From assembly GCA_965222615.1 (NCBI GenBank), contig CBDCUI010000007.1, positions 448,001 through 512,000 on the forward strand: a stretch of DNA of 64,000 nucleotides, given 5' to 3'. This DNA is from Gammaproteobacteria bacterium (lineage in GTDB: Bacteria; Pseudomonadota; Gammaproteobacteria; UBA4575). The translations under genes and the position numbers were made by a program. Within the stretch, counting starts at the first letter, position 1. The number at the start of each line of letters is the position of its first letter. The notes under the pieces are model-generated. The model searched no databases. It worked only from the letters and a program-made list of their open reading frames with translations, and was not told the origin of the DNA. Below, piece by piece: positions 41,284-52,166 of this stretch.

Positions 41284-41388
41284 TTTGAATTATACAAACA
41301 AGATCATCTTGCACAGGCAGCTGGATATACCTGGGAAAAGGCATCAACGATGTTTTTTAATAATCTCACCCCCATTTCCAAGAGATAA
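41284..41388 (+). pseudogene. Possible 3' remnant of a GT4 glycosyltransferase
   Basis: Start-less frame FELYKQDHLAQAAGYTWEKASTMFFNNLTPISKR*, resembling GT4 C-termini. Confidence 0.45.
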
Positions 41389-41524
41389 ACAAGTATTAAA
41401 ACAATGACATACCATCAATTTACCAAATAATTATAACCACCTAGCTAGAATTCACTGGCATGGGCTTAAGTTTGGAATATAATAATTTCTACTCATAACC
41501 AACTATAAAAATTAGAAACCTGGC

Positions 41525-43603
41525 ATGGATGAACGTAATTTCGGTCTAGCTGAATACTATATCAATCGTGAACTCAGCTTACTAAAATTCAATGATCGCG
41601 TATTACAACAGGCACGTGATAAATCTACCCCTTTACTAGAACGCCTTAAGTTTCTATGCATTTCATGTACAAATCTAGATGAATTTTTTGAAATCCGTGT
41701 AGGTGGAGTAAAACAACATATTGACCTTAACATTGGGCATGTTTCAGCTGATCAAATTACACCAAAGAATTTACTTAAACAAATTCATAAAGAAGCCTCT
41801 GAACTTGTTACTGAACAGTACCGTGTATTTAATGAAGAGCTTCAACCTGAATTAAAACAACAAAATATTCGTTTTATTCCACGTGAACATTGGACACTAG
41901 AACAAAGTAACTGGTTAAGACAATATTTTCTCAACCAAGTAGAACCCGTTTTAAGTCCACTGGGGTTAGATCCTGCTCATCCTTTTCCGCGTATTATCAA
42001 CAAGGCACTCAACTTTATCGTACAACTTGAAGGCTCAGATGCATTTGGCCGACATGGCGAATATGCGGTGGTACAAGCGCCGCGTTCGCTAACTCGATTA
42101 ATTCGCTTACCCGATGAAATCAATGGTACAACAGCAGATAACTATGTATTTCTATCTTCAGTCATGCATGCCTTTGTCAGCGAATTATTTGAAGGACTTA
42201 CTGTAAAAGGTTGTTTCCAATTTCGCTTAACACGTAATAGTGATTTGTTTTTAGATGATGAAGAAATCGATGATTTGATGCGCGCTTTAGAAGGCGAGCT
42301 CGCTTCTCGTAAATACGGTGATGCCGTACGCTTAGAAGTGGCAGATACTTGTCCCGAAAAAATGGTCAACTATTTATTACAACAGTTTAGTTTGACTACT
42401 GTCGATTTATACCGTGTTAATGGGCCAGTTAATCTAAACCGTCTTAGCCAAACCTATGATCTTGTTGATCGACCTGATCTAAAATATCCTCCTTTTAATC
42501 CAGGTCTACCGCAGAATTTTAGTCACAATACAAACATTTTCAATCTAATTAAACAAGGTGATATTTTATTACATCACCCCTATCAATCTTTCACACCGGT
42601 TATAGATTTCGTCCGCCAGGCAGCAGCTGACCCCAAAGTTGTTGCCATTAAACAAACGCTCTATCGTACTGGCCCGGACTCACCAATTGTCGATAGCCTA
42701 GTCGAAGCTGCTCGAACAGGTAAAGAAGTGACCGTGGTTATTGAATTGATGGCACGCTTTGATGAAGCCGCCAATATTTCTTTAGCCAATAAACTACAAA
42801 AAGCGGGGGCACATGTTGTTTACGGTATTGTTGGCAAAAAAACCCATGGCAAAATGATTTTAATTGTTCGTCGTGAACATGATCAACTTAAACGATACGC
42901 CCACTTTGGCACCGGCAATTATCATGAGAAAACAGCTCGTTTATACACCGACTATGGCATGTTTACCAATGATCCAAAACTCACTGCTGATGCTCATGAA
43001 ATATTTCTTGCGCTCACCAGTTTTACCAAAGCACCAGTTTTAAAAGCAGCATTGCTTGCACCTTTTACATTATATCAATCATTAATAACTCTTATTGATG
43101 ATGAAATAAAGCATGCGCAACAAGGTGGTAATGCACGCATTGTTGCCAAAGTTAATTCATTAGTGGAACCACAAATAATTCAAGCCATGTACCGCGCTTC
43201 AAATGCTGGTGTAAAAATTCAATTAATTGTTCGTGGTACTTGCTGTCTACGCCCTGGCATTAAGGGCATTTCTGAAAATATTGAAGTACGCTCTATTGTG
43301 GGTCGTTTTTTAGAACATACGCGTGTCTATTGGTTTCAAAACAATGAAGATCCAAAGGTGTTTTGTTCAAGTGCAGATTGGATGGATCGAAATTTCTTTC
43401 GTCGCGTGGAGGTATGCTATCCAATTCAAGATCAAGTACTGCGTAAGCGAATTACCAGTGAACTTGAATGTTACTTAAAAGATAATCGACAAGCGTGGAT
43501 TTTACAATCAGATGGCTCTTATACAGCACCTTTAATGCATGGCAATAATGGATTCAGTGCGCAACAAGTTCTTTTAAGCCAGCTAGCACGAACTAAACAT
43601 TAA
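41525..43603 (+). CDS. ppk1: Polyphosphate kinase 1
   Basis: NRELSLL.FN.RVL, DPAHPFP, LHHPYQSF, ARFDE..N and SSADWM.RN motifs. Confidence 0.98.
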   Translation: MDERNFGLAEYYINRELSLLKFNDRVLQQARDKSTPLLERLKFLCISCTNLDEFFEIRVGGVKQHIDLNIGHVSADQITPKNLLKQIHKEASELVTEQYRVFNEELQPELKQQNIRFIPREHWTLEQSNWLRQYFLNQVEPVLSPLGLDPAHPFPRIINKALNFIVQLEGSDAFGRHGEYAVVQAPRSLTRLIRLPDEINGTTADNYVFLSSVMHAFVSELFEGLTVKGCFQFRLTRNSDLFLDDEEIDDLMRALEGELASRKYGDAVRLEVADTCPEKMVNYLLQQFSLTTVDLYRVNGPVNLNRLSQTYDLVDRPDLKYPPFNPGLPQNFSHNTNIFNLIKQGDILLHHPYQSFTPVIDFVRQAAADPKVVAIKQTLYRTGPDSPIVDSLVEAARTGKEVTVVIELMARFDEAANISLANKLQKAGAHVVYGIVGKKTHGKMILIVRREHDQLKRYAHFGTGNYHEKTARLYTDYGMFTNDPKLTADAHEIFLALTSFTKAPVLKAALLAPFTLYQSLITLIDDEIKHAQQGGNARIVAKVNSLVEPQIIQAMYRASNAGVKIQLIVRGTCCLRPGIKGISENIEVRSIVGRFLEHTRVYWFQNNEDPKVFCSSADWMDRNFFRRVEVCYPIQDQVLRKRITSELECYLKDNRQAWILQSDGSYTAPLMHGNNGFSAQQVLLSQLARTKH

Positions 43604-43605
43604 TA

Positions 43606-45144
43606 TTACCGCCCATGTATTTTAATACTGATCGGTAAACTTTTTAAATAACTTTGCTCTTGCTCAAGCTCAGCTTCAGTAAGCGGATGTTTATCTAGCC
43701 ATTTTTGCGCAAACTTTATATTTAACACTGCATCGCTTTCGGTTATTTTTATGGGCGGGTTATTTTTCTGAATACGATCTCGATTTATTAAAATTGAAAA
43801 CCGTAAGATTATAATCATATACATAACTTGTCGTTGTAAACGACTAGGAAATTGCTTAATAAGTTCATAGTTGATTTTGCGACGGTGATTGCCTACCAAA
43901 CAGGCAAGCAATCTTTGTTCATTCCATGAAAAACCAGGCAAATCCCCATTAGTCAACAAATATGCGCCATGATGATGATAGCGTGAATGCGAAATATCTA
44001 AACCTATTTCATGTAAATCGGCAGCCCAAATTAAAAATTGATACGCGGTGTCATTATCAATCTTTATTACCTTAGAGATCATATCTAGCAAGTATAAAGC
44101 AGTTGTTTTAATTCTGGCGGCGTGTTTGAAGTCAATATGATAACGACGCATTAAGGAGTAAACTGTTCTGTCACGCGTATCTTGATGATGGATGCGCCCT
44201 GCCAAGTCAAATAAAAGCCCTTCACGTAATCCGCCTTCTGAAGCCACCATTTTTTTGATACCTAGTTCTGCAAAAATTGCCTTCAGCACAACTACGCCAC
44301 CAGCAAATATTGGCTTTCGCTCTTTGGCCAGTGCATTAAAATTTATATTGTTAATATTTTCTGCTTCTTGCAGTTTGACAATGAGCGCGTTAATGCCTTT
44401 ATAGGTGATACCTCGATTACTCAATTCAAGTTCGCGCATGAGTTCGGCTATTGTGCGTATAGTTCCTGCAGTTCCCACTACATAATCCCAACCAAGTTTT
44501 TTGATAGGAGACGTGATTGGTTGAAGCTGCAATTTTGCCTCAACAACTGCTTTTTTAAATTTCTTTTTTTCGAGTACGCCATTTTCAAAATATTGTTTTG
44601 TGATTCTGGCACAACCAATATGTACACTCTCCATTAACAGAGGTTTACCATTCTCACCGATAATAATTTCCGTGCTTCCACCACCTATATCCACAACCAA
44701 CCATTTTCCATCAGGACCAGTAATCGAATGGACAGTGCCTTGATATATCAGGCGCGCCTCTTCTACACCTGATATCACCTGAATAGGATGCCCAAGCGCT
44801 TCTTCAGCACGTTGAATAAACGTGGCACTATTTTTTGCCATACGAAATGTATTGGTTCCTACCACTCGAACCGAATCTGCATGCATTTCTTGTAACCGTT
44901 GGCCAAAACGTTGTAGGCATTCAATTGCCCGATCTTGAGATTCAAGTGTTAGGTTTTTTGACTCATCCAATCCGGCACCTAAGCGCACCATTTCTCTAAT
45001 TCGATCAACAACTTTCAATTGGCCGTGCTGATCTTGAGCGACTACCATGTGAAAACTATTTGAACCCAAATCAACAGCAGCAATAACAGAAGAGCTTGCT
45101 GAAGATAGTTCAGCCGGGTAGGTAGTTGGAGAAGGAACTTGCAT
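43606..45144 (-). CDS. ppx: Exopolyphosphatase (Ppx/GppA family)
   Basis: DLGSNSFH, SG.EEARL, DIGGGSTE, LREG and LHEIG motifs; convergent with ppk1. Confidence 0.96.
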   Translation of the reverse strand: MQVPSPTTYPAELSSASSSVIAAVDLGSNSFHMVVAQDQHGQLKVVDRIREMVRLGAGLDESKNLTLESQDRAIECLQRFGQRLQEMHADSVRVVGTNTFRMAKNSATFIQRAEEALGHPIQVISGVEEARLIYQGTVHSITGPDGKWLVVDIGGGSTEIIIGENGKPLLMESVHIGCARITKQYFENGVLEKKKFKKAVVEAKLQLQPITSPIKKLGWDYVVGTAGTIRTIAELMRELELSNRGITYKGINALIVKLQEAENINNINFNALAKERKPIFAGGVVVLKAIFAELGIKKMVASEGGLREGLLFDLAGRIHHQDTRDRTVYSLMRRYHIDFKHAARIKTTALYLLDMISKVIKIDNDTAYQFLIWAADLHEIGLDISHSRYHHHGAYLLTNGDLPGFSWNEQRLLACLVGNHRRKINYELIKQFPSRLQRQVMYMIIILRFSILINRDRIQKNNPPIKITESDAVLNIKFAQKWLDKHPLTEAELEQEQSYLKSLPISIKIHGR

Positions 45145-45155
45145 GCCTATATGTT

Positions 45156-45249
45156 AGAACTTATCTCAAAATACTGACGAGTACTCTCTGACAAGGCGTA
45201 GTGCTTTCGAGAAGCGGAGGTATACACAAATATTTAAGATAGATATTCT
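45156..45249. repeat. Truncated palindromic element copy
   Basis: IR agaacttatctcaaaata / tatttaagatagatattct; half-core gagaagcggaggtatac. Confidence 0.55.
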
Positions 45250-45252
45250 TCG

Positions 45253-46170
45253 TTATTTTGGCGGCATGAGCGCACGCCCCGCCCCATAATCAACAATAAC
45301 ACCGTCACGTGTAATCTCTTGTACCAAGGGCCCATTATTGGCAATGCGATCACCCTCTTTATATTTATCCATATTAATTAATACGAAACGCCGATCAGGA
45401 TTGTCATCAAATACATGCACATTGACTTCATACTGTTTAAGGTTGCTTCGAGAACTTTCAGGCAAATCTTTCAAGCTAGGCACTGATGATAAGGCTGCCA
45501 CCGTCGCAGCTTGATCCGTTTCCTCCTCATCGATAAGTAGCTTGGGAGTGTTTGCAACGGGTTGAGCGTCTTTATCAATGCTTAATTCAGTTTGGGAAAA
45601 AGATACTGCGCCCTTTTTTACAGGGGCTTGGGTATCTTTTTCTAAAACCGCTGCGGTATTGTTTTGTGCAGTCTGTGTCGGACTTTTTGACTGTTTAGTT
45701 TCATAAATTAGTGGGCGGTCTACATTCTGTGCTGTTGCTCGCTCAAGCTCCATTGCTAATGGGCGGGTTGTGGATGATTGCGTTGTACTTACAGGTTCTA
45801 AACTATTATTAAGCTCTTGGTTTAACGGTTCAACGGGTGTGTCTTTAGACATTTCATGCTGGTCGGCTGCTAGCAATACTGGTTCTTCTACTGGCTCTGT
45901 TGTTTCCTTGGCTATACTATTCATCGCCATTTCCGTTGCCGCACTATTATGTACCTCTGGATTTGTGGCAACTTGTGTATTGCTTTCCGGTCGTAAAAAA
46001 ATTGCCAAAATAATTACGTTGGCAAGTATTACCAATCCGATCCACATCCAAGATGGCATGGTAGATTTTTTTTGCTGTGGATTAACCGGGGTTACAAACT
46101 TGAGATCGGGTTGTTTCTCAAGTTGACGTTCATGCTCGGCACGCGTTAAAGCGTCCAGTATCATCGACAT
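45253..46170 (-). CDS. gspB: General secretion pathway protein B (ExeB/GspB)
   Basis: MSMILDAL.RAE.ER N-terminus, one TM and C-terminal VHVF...P..RFVLIN...Y.EG motif. Confidence 0.88.
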   Translation of the reverse strand: MSMILDALTRAEHERQLEKQPDLKFVTPVNPQQKKSTMPSWMWIGLVILANVIILAIFLRPESNTQVATNPEVHNSAATEMAMNSIAKETTEPVEEPVLLAADQHEMSKDTPVEPLNQELNNSLEPVSTTQSSTTRPLAMELERATAQNVDRPLIYETKQSKSPTQTAQNNTAAVLEKDTQAPVKKGAVSFSQTELSIDKDAQPVANTPKLLIDEEETDQAATVAALSSVPSLKDLPESSRSNLKQYEVNVHVFDDNPDRRFVLINMDKYKEGDRIANNGPLVQEITRDGVIVDYGAGRALMPPK

Positions 46171-46197
46171 CGCTTATACCTGCTTACTTATATCTGC

Positions 46198-47949
46198 TTA
46201 ACTTGATTGTCGCCATAACACAGGAGTTGATCGATCATTTACGGCAGTGTTTAATTCAATCATCGTTTCACGGCCTACAACACCGTCTACATTAAGACCT
46301 CTAATTCGTTGGAACTCCATAACACGCCATTTTAAAGTAGGGTCAAACTGTAAGTTCTTTTTTTCATCAGTAACTGGTTTACCTTCAATGCGGTCCAACT
46401 GGTCACGCAACCATCCCACGTCTGTACTGATCATACCTTCTTTCAATACTTCCGAGCCTGCAGACGGCGGCCTCCATAATAATAAATAATTACCGTACCA
46501 ATACGGGTCAACAGTACTCGTTGTTATAGTAACTACTTCCCCACCAATATTGATACTCACTTGATTGCCTTGCAGTGCCAACAAAACAACTTGTTTTCTT
46601 TTACCAGCAGAATTAATTAGCTCAAGTACAGCTGGGCGATTTAAATGTCGAATATCATCCCAGCCAGCTTTACCAAATATACAACGCATGTTTGCATTGG
46701 TAGCACGTGCACAAGCCGTCTGTCCCTTAGACTCTGCATAGGATAAGCCCCAATAACTAAATAATATCGCAAATGCTGTGTTGTTATCGGCATTTACGGT
46801 CTCATCTTCGGTTAATTGCAGAAATTTTTCTTTGTCAGATTGCGAAGATTCTTGTGTATCAGCAGCATTTGAAATACTTGCCACCACTTCTACCTGATCT
46901 CGCTCTATCTTGGTATTCGTCTGCGACGACAATGCCGTTGTAGACGAATTTGAGGAAATTTGCTTATCAGTTAGCGTTTGCGACACGAGTGGTGCGGTAT
47001 CAGCAGTTGTCACTTTGTTTGCATTGGCAAAACTCTCGGGAGACGTGCGTGGTAGAAATCCCCAAACGGCAAGTAACAATGCTACCGTGCCGGCAGCAAT
47101 TGCACCACCTGCAATCCACTGGGTGGGCTGTAATCTTTCAACTGGCTGCAACACTTCCCCTGCTGCTTTACGTACCATGTTTTTATCAATACGATGAACG
47201 TTTTCGCCGTACGCCCCCATCATTGCACGTTCACATACATTATTAATCAAACGTGGTACACCACCTGAAAGACGATGTACCATATTCATCGCACCTTTAG
47301 TAAATAGCTCGCCTTTAAAACCAACGATTTGTAAACGATGCCGAATATAAGATGCAGTTTCTTCTGCCGACAATGGAGTTAAGTGAAAACGTGCTGTAAT
47401 TCTTTGATTAAGTTGACGCAACTCTGGTCGCGCAAGTATTGCTTGTAACTCAGGTTGTCCAATTAAAATAATTTGTAATAACTTTTGTGTAGAGACTTCT
47501 AGATTCGTGAGCAAACGAATTTGCTCTAAAACTTCTGAGCTGAGATTTTGTGCTTCATCAATAACTAAAACTGTTCGTTTGCCCTGTGCATGTTTCTTTA
47601 ATAAATATAGATTTAAACGATCGACTAAATACTTGAGACTGTTTGTTGATTTACGATAAGGAATATTCAATTCATCACATATCGAAGCCAATAACTCACG
47701 TGAACTTTGTCGTGGATTCAGGATAAGCGCTACATTTACATGTTCTGGAAGCTGTTCAAGAACACTACGACATAGCATGGTTTTACCAGTACCAACTTCA
47801 CCGGTTAATAAAATAAAACCCCCCGCCTCATCGGCTCCATATAAAAGATGAGCTAGCCCATCTCGATGACGTTGAGTCAAATAAAGAAATCTCGGATCCG
47901 GAGTGATCTGAAAAGGCTTATCTGAAATTCCAAAAAATTCTTGATACAT
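46198..47949 (-). CDS. gspA: ExeA/GspA AAA+ ATPase with peptidoglycan-binding domain
   Basis: PF.ITPDPRFLY, GEVGTGKT, IDEAQNL, GQPEL and C-terminal FQ...GL.VDG.VG..T motif. Confidence 0.92.
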   Translation of the reverse strand: MYQEFFGISDKPFQITPDPRFLYLTQRHRDGLAHLLYGADEAGGFILLTGEVGTGKTMLCRSVLEQLPEHVNVALILNPRQSSRELLASICDELNIPYRKSTNSLKYLVDRLNLYLLKKHAQGKRTVLVIDEAQNLSSEVLEQIRLLTNLEVSTQKLLQIILIGQPELQAILARPELRQLNQRITARFHLTPLSAEETASYIRHRLQIVGFKGELFTKGAMNMVHRLSGGVPRLINNVCERAMMGAYGENVHRIDKNMVRKAAGEVLQPVERLQPTQWIAGGAIAAGTVALLLAVWGFLPRTSPESFANANKVTTADTAPLVSQTLTDKQISSNSSTTALSSQTNTKIERDQVEVVASISNAADTQESSQSDKEKFLQLTEDETVNADNNTAFAILFSYWGLSYAESKGQTACARATNANMRCIFGKAGWDDIRHLNRPAVLELINSAGKRKQVVLLALQGNQVSINIGGEVVTITTSTVDPYWYGNYLLLWRPPSAGSEVLKEGMISTDVGWLRDQLDRIEGKPVTDEKKNLQFDPTLKWRVMEFQRIRGLNVDGVVGRETMIELNTAVNDRSTPVLWRQSS

Positions 47950-48333
47950 AGACTTATTATTTGAACTATATTTAAGGTATTAAGTTACTGCACATCTATG
48001 TCTATAGTATGTTTATCATCAACTATTTAATTGTGCCAAAAATTTACCCGAGTAACTTTAGAAATTACATTATAAATCGGTAGGTTAACAGCAAATTCAT
48101 GCCGTGTATCGGCTAGTCTTTGCGAAAATAGTCAACATCTTTATTAAGTCTAACAATTAGTGAATCTTCTGTTGCATTGATATCATTAAAAAGCATCTAA
48201 TAAATTTACTGCAAAAACATGTATTTATCCGCACTTCAACTACCGATCCTAGGCCTTTTATTGAGATGCGTTGTAATTACACCCTCTCTCCTTAATATAA
48301 GTAAGGTTATTTAACGCATTTGTTACTGCATCG

Positions 48334-48513
48334 ATGAGCTCATCTAATACAAAGCGAACTGAACCACGGCTGCCACCCAAACCAAAACCACCAGAGCCAT
48401 ATGAATGCTGTGAGCGTGGTTGTGACCCCTGTATATATGACTACTATGCCCAAGCCCTAGCCCGATGGGAACAAAAGCTTACAAAACTTCAACAACGTGA
48501 CCTCGACAAATAA
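48334..48513 (+). CDS. Small oxidoreductase-like N-terminal-domain protein (59 aa), below the ORF-track cutoff
   Basis: MSSSNTKRTEPRLPPKPKPPEPYECCERGCDPCIYDYYAQALARWEQKLTKLQQRDLDK*; P-x-x-P-x-x-x-x-CC-x-x-GC-x-x-C-x-x-D-x-Y pattern. Confidence 0.85.
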   Translation: MSSSNTKRTEPRLPPKPKPPEPYECCERGCDPCIYDYYAQALARWEQKLTKLQQRDLDK

Positions 48514-48810
48514 GAGGTTATAAATTAAACAGGCAACCATGTAAGTTTTTAGTGTGATAACTAAAATTTTTATAGGGAAAACAGCTTCTAATAGCATTCA
48601 CTATTGCACTCCTATACTATACTACCCCTATAAAATACTGTGATAAGAACAATAATAATTACAAGCTTCTGATCTTTACTCCTAAAAAGATATTCAACTT
48701 CCAAATTGGTGACCCACGCATGGATGTTTATAGAGTAATGCCTTGATTGAGGATACATGGATTAGAGAAACATAAGTGTCATTTTTAAAACAGCCGAGGA
48801 ACTATCCACT

Positions 48811-50373
48811 ATGAAGATTGGTGTACCAAACGAAATTCATGAGAATGAATGTCGCGTTGCGATGACGCCCGAAACTGCCACGCGCTTACAAAAACTTGGT
48901 TATGACTGTGCTATTGAATCGGGTGCAGGCGCGAGTGCAAACTTTACTGATGAAGCCTATCGCGAAGCAGGCGTTAACGTAGTTTCAGATACTAAACAAC
49001 TGTGGGCAGATTCTGACATTGTACTCAAAGTACGTTCTCCCGAACAAAATACTGCATTAGGTATGCATGAAACCGATTTATTATCGGAAGGTAGCACACT
49101 CATCAGCTTCATCTGGCCCGCACAAAACGAAGACCTGATGGATCAACTCAAAGCACGTAATGTCACTGTGCTCGCCATGGACTCCGTGCCACGAATTTCA
49201 CGTGCACAAAAACTCGATGCACTTTCTTCTATGGCCAACATTGCGGGTTATCGTGCCGTGATCGAAGCCTCTAATCACTTTGGGCGCTTTTTCACCGGAC
49301 AAGTGACTGCAGCCGGTAAAGTACCACCTGCAAAAGTGATGGTCATTGGCGCCGGTGTGGCCGGTCTTGCCGCAGTTGGAACGGCAAATGGGCTCGGTGC
49401 CATTGTGCGAGCATTTGACACGCGCCCAGAAGTTAAAGAACAAGTTGAAAGTATGGGTGCGCAGTTCCTTGAGTTAGATTTTGAACAAGAAGAGGAAGGC
49501 GGTACCGCAGGTGGCTATGCCAAGGTCATGAGTAAAGAGTTTATCGAGGCTGAAATGGCCTTGTTCAGAGAGCAAGCTAAAGAAGTTGACATCATTATTA
49601 CCACTGCTTTGATTCCTGGTAAACCCGCACCAAAATTGATCCTGGCCGACATGGTGGAATCCATGAAAGATGGCAGTGTAATTGTCGATTTAGCGGCGGA
49701 GCAAGGAGGCAACTGTGAACTGACAGAACCTGGTGAAGTAGTTGTAAAACACGGCGTGACATTAATTGGTTACATGGACCTACCCAGTCGTCTGCCAACT
49801 CAATCGAGTCAATTGTACGGTTCCAACTTGTGCCACTTATTAAATGATATGACTCCTGAAAAAGACGGCAATATGGTTGTCGACATGGAAGATGATGTAG
49901 TGAGAGGCACCACAGTGATTAACCAAGGAGAAATTACTTGGCCACCCCCGCCACTTGCAGTTTCTGCAGCGCCCGCTAAACCCGCTGCTGCCGCTGCTCC
50001 AATTGTACAGGAAGAGAAAAAGAAAAGTGGTATGGGCTTTGCCATCACATTGTTGGCCGCTGCAGCTTTGTTATGGTGGATTGGAAAATCTGCCCCCGCA
50101 GAATTCATGCAGCACTTTACGGTATTTGTTTTATCCTGCTTTATTGGTTACTGGGTGGTATGGAACGTTACCCCTGCCTTGCATACACCATTAATGAGTG
50201 TCACCAATGCTATTAGCAGTGTGATTATAGTTGGCGCTTTGTTGCAAATCGGTAGTAGCGTTGGCTGGATTGTTTTCTTGGCCACCGTCTCGGTCTTCAT
50301 TGCATCCATTAATATTGGCGGCGGCTTTACGGTAACGCAACGCATGTTACAAATGTTCCGCAAAGAAGAATAA
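48811..50373 (+). CDS. pntA: NAD(P) transhydrogenase alpha subunit (fused type)
   Basis: [22 protein letters not shown] and [12 protein letters not shown] motifs. Confidence 0.98.
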   Translation: MKIGVPNEIHENECRVAMTPETATRLQKLGYDCAIESGAGASANFTDEAYREAGVNVVSDTKQLWADSDIVLKVRSPEQNTALGMHETDLLSEGSTLISFIWPAQNEDLMDQLKARNVTVLAMDSVPRISRAQKLDALSSMANIAGYRAVIEASNHFGRFFTGQVTAAGKVPPAKVMVIGAGVAGLAAVGTANGLGAIVRAFDTRPEVKEQVESMGAQFLELDFEQEEEGGTAGGYAKVMSKEFIEAEMALFREQAKEVDIIITTALIPGKPAPKLILADMVESMKDGSVIVDLAAEQGGNCELTEPGEVVVKHGVTLIGYMDLPSRLPTQSSQLYGSNLCHLLNDMTPEKDGNMVVDMEDDVVRGTTVINQGEITWPPPPLAVSAAPAKPAAAAAPIVQEEKKKSGMGFAITLLAAAALLWWIGKSAPAEFMQHFTVFVLSCFIGYWVVWNVTPALHTPLMSVTNAISSVIIVGALLQIGSSVGWIVFLATVSVFIASINIGGGFTVTQRMLQMFRKEE

Positions 50374-50391
50374 GAAAGGGAGAACACAATA

Positions 50392-51789
50392 ATGACTATG
50401 AATCCTCAAATGTTAGGTGCGGCATATTTAGCTGCCGGTGCTCTCTTTATTCTTAGCTTGAATGGCTTAAGCCATCAGGAATCCTCACGTCGTGGAAATC
50501 TTTGCGGCATTATAGGAATGGCCATTGCTGTTGGTGCAACCATTCTCAGTGGCAAAGTAGGAAACTTTCATATTCTCTTCCCTGCCATGATCCTCGGTGG
50601 AGTTCTTGGTGCCATCGTGGCATTAAAAGTAGAAATGACTTCCATGCCTGAATTGGTGGCAGGCTTTCACAGCTTGGTCGGACTGGCTGCCGTATTAGTA
50701 GGCTTCTCCAGCTATATGGACCCGACTTCGCATTTTGAAGGTGCAGAAAAAACTATCCATGAAGTGGAAGTTTATCTGGGTGTGTTTATCGGGGTCATTA
50801 CCTTTACCGGATCCATCATTGCCTTTGGAAAACTGAGAGGCATCATCAGCGGTAAACCTTTAATGCTGCCGGCTAGACATTGGTTAAATTTAATCGCCAT
50901 TTTAATGTGTGTGTTTCTTGGCTATTTGTTTCTAAATGCAGAATCACATTCATCGGGTTTAGCGCCTTTAATTATCATGACCATTATTGCAGGAGTGATC
51001 GGCATTCATTTAGTCATGGCCATTGGTGGTGCAGACATGCCGGTAGTGGTTTCTATGCTGAATAGTTATTCAGGATGGGCAGCAGCAGCAACCGGTTTCA
51101 TGTTAGGTAACACCGCACTCATCATAGTGGGTTCACTTGTAGGATCCAGTGGTGCAATTTTGAGTTACATCATGTGCCGTGCCATGAATCGAAAATTCTT
51201 AAATGTAATTTTAGGTGGATTTGGTACTGGTGGTGGTACGACCGTCGCAGGCGATGAAGGTGGTGAAGTGACTTCGACCACTGCCGAAGAACTTGCCGAA
51301 GAGCTTAAAAATGCGAGTGAAGTCATCATTGTACCTGGTTATGGTATGGCAGTTGCACAAGCACAAGGTTCTGTTAGTGAGATTACCAAAAAGTTGCGCA
51401 ATAAAGGCGTTAATGTACGTTTTGGAATCCATCCGGTTGCAGGCAGATTACCGGGACACATGAATGTGTTGCTGGCAGAAGCCAAAGTGCCTTATGACAT
51501 CGTGTTAGAAATGGATGAACTCAATGACGATTTTCCAGATACGGATGTCTCATTGGTAATTGGTGCCAACGATATTGTAAATCCTAGTGCACAAACAGAC
51601 CCTAATAGCCCGATTGCAGGCATGCCAGTGCTAGAAGTGTGGAAAGCGAAAACTTGCGTAGTCTTAAAACGCAGTATGGCGTCTGGATATGCAGGAGTAG
51701 ATAACCCGCTATTCTTAAAGGACAATACTGATATGTTATTTGGTGATGCGAAAGAAAGTATGGATGCATTGTTGCAGCACATCGATTAA
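50392..51789 (+). CDS. pntB: NAD(P) transhydrogenase beta subunit
   Basis: [26 protein letters not shown] and [18 protein letters not shown] motifs. Confidence 0.98.
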   Translation: MTMNPQMLGAAYLAAGALFILSLNGLSHQESSRRGNLCGIIGMAIAVGATILSGKVGNFHILFPAMILGGVLGAIVALKVEMTSMPELVAGFHSLVGLAAVLVGFSSYMDPTSHFEGAEKTIHEVEVYLGVFIGVITFTGSIIAFGKLRGIISGKPLMLPARHWLNLIAILMCVFLGYLFLNAESHSSGLAPLIIMTIIAGVIGIHLVMAIGGADMPVVVSMLNSYSGWAAAATGFMLGNTALIIVGSLVGSSGAILSYIMCRAMNRKFLNVILGGFGTGGGTTVAGDEGGEVTSTTAEELAEELKNASEVIIVPGYGMAVAQAQGSVSEITKKLRNKGVNVRFGIHPVAGRLPGHMNVLLAEAKVPYDIVLEMDELNDDFPDTDVSLVIGANDIVNPSAQTDPNSPIAGMPVLEVWKAKTCVVLKRSMASGYAGVDNPLFLKDNTDMLFGDAKESMDALLQHID

Positions 51790-51815
51790 GCAAACACATC
51801 TATCAGTACGTCGAT

Positions 51816-51858
51816 GTTGAAAGGAGTAATGCAATTAGTATTGTTTATTCCTTTCAAC
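51816..51858 (+). terminator. Hairpin downstream of pntB
   Basis: gttgaaaggagtaa ... ttattcctttcaac inverted repeat. Confidence 0.55.
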
Positions 51859-51953
51859 CTATAATTTGGTTCAACAAATCCGTTTTTAGCAAACTTCTAA
51901 TAAACTCTTAACATTTCCCCTTTAACCTGATTCGTAATGTTAAACACCATTAC

Positions 51954-52166
51954 GTGATTATGGCCATTACATACCGATTAGAAGATCAAAGAATTACGTT
52001 TTATTGGGATCAGGAAACTCATTTGTGGACTGCAAAAAGTGATGATATTGAAGGTCTCAATATACAGGCAAAAAGTTTTAGCACCATTTTAAAATGGTTA
52101 AAAAAACAACACCCCGAGTTCCCCAACTCAACTCATATCTTCTTCCCAGCTATGCTAAAAACTTGA
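51954..52166 (+). CDS. DUF1902 / HicB-like-fold small protein
   Basis: WDQETHLWTAKSDDIEGL...A.S pattern; the likely start is the ATG at 51960. Confidence 0.65.
   Translation: MIMAITYRLEDQRITFYWDQETHLWTAKSDDIEGLNIQAKSFSTILKWLKKQHPEFPNSTHIFFPAMLKT

Noticed and set aside
45253-47949. gspAB without the rest of a type II secretion cluster
   Set aside because: exeAB are commonly unlinked from the main T2SS operon (Aeromonas, Vibrio).
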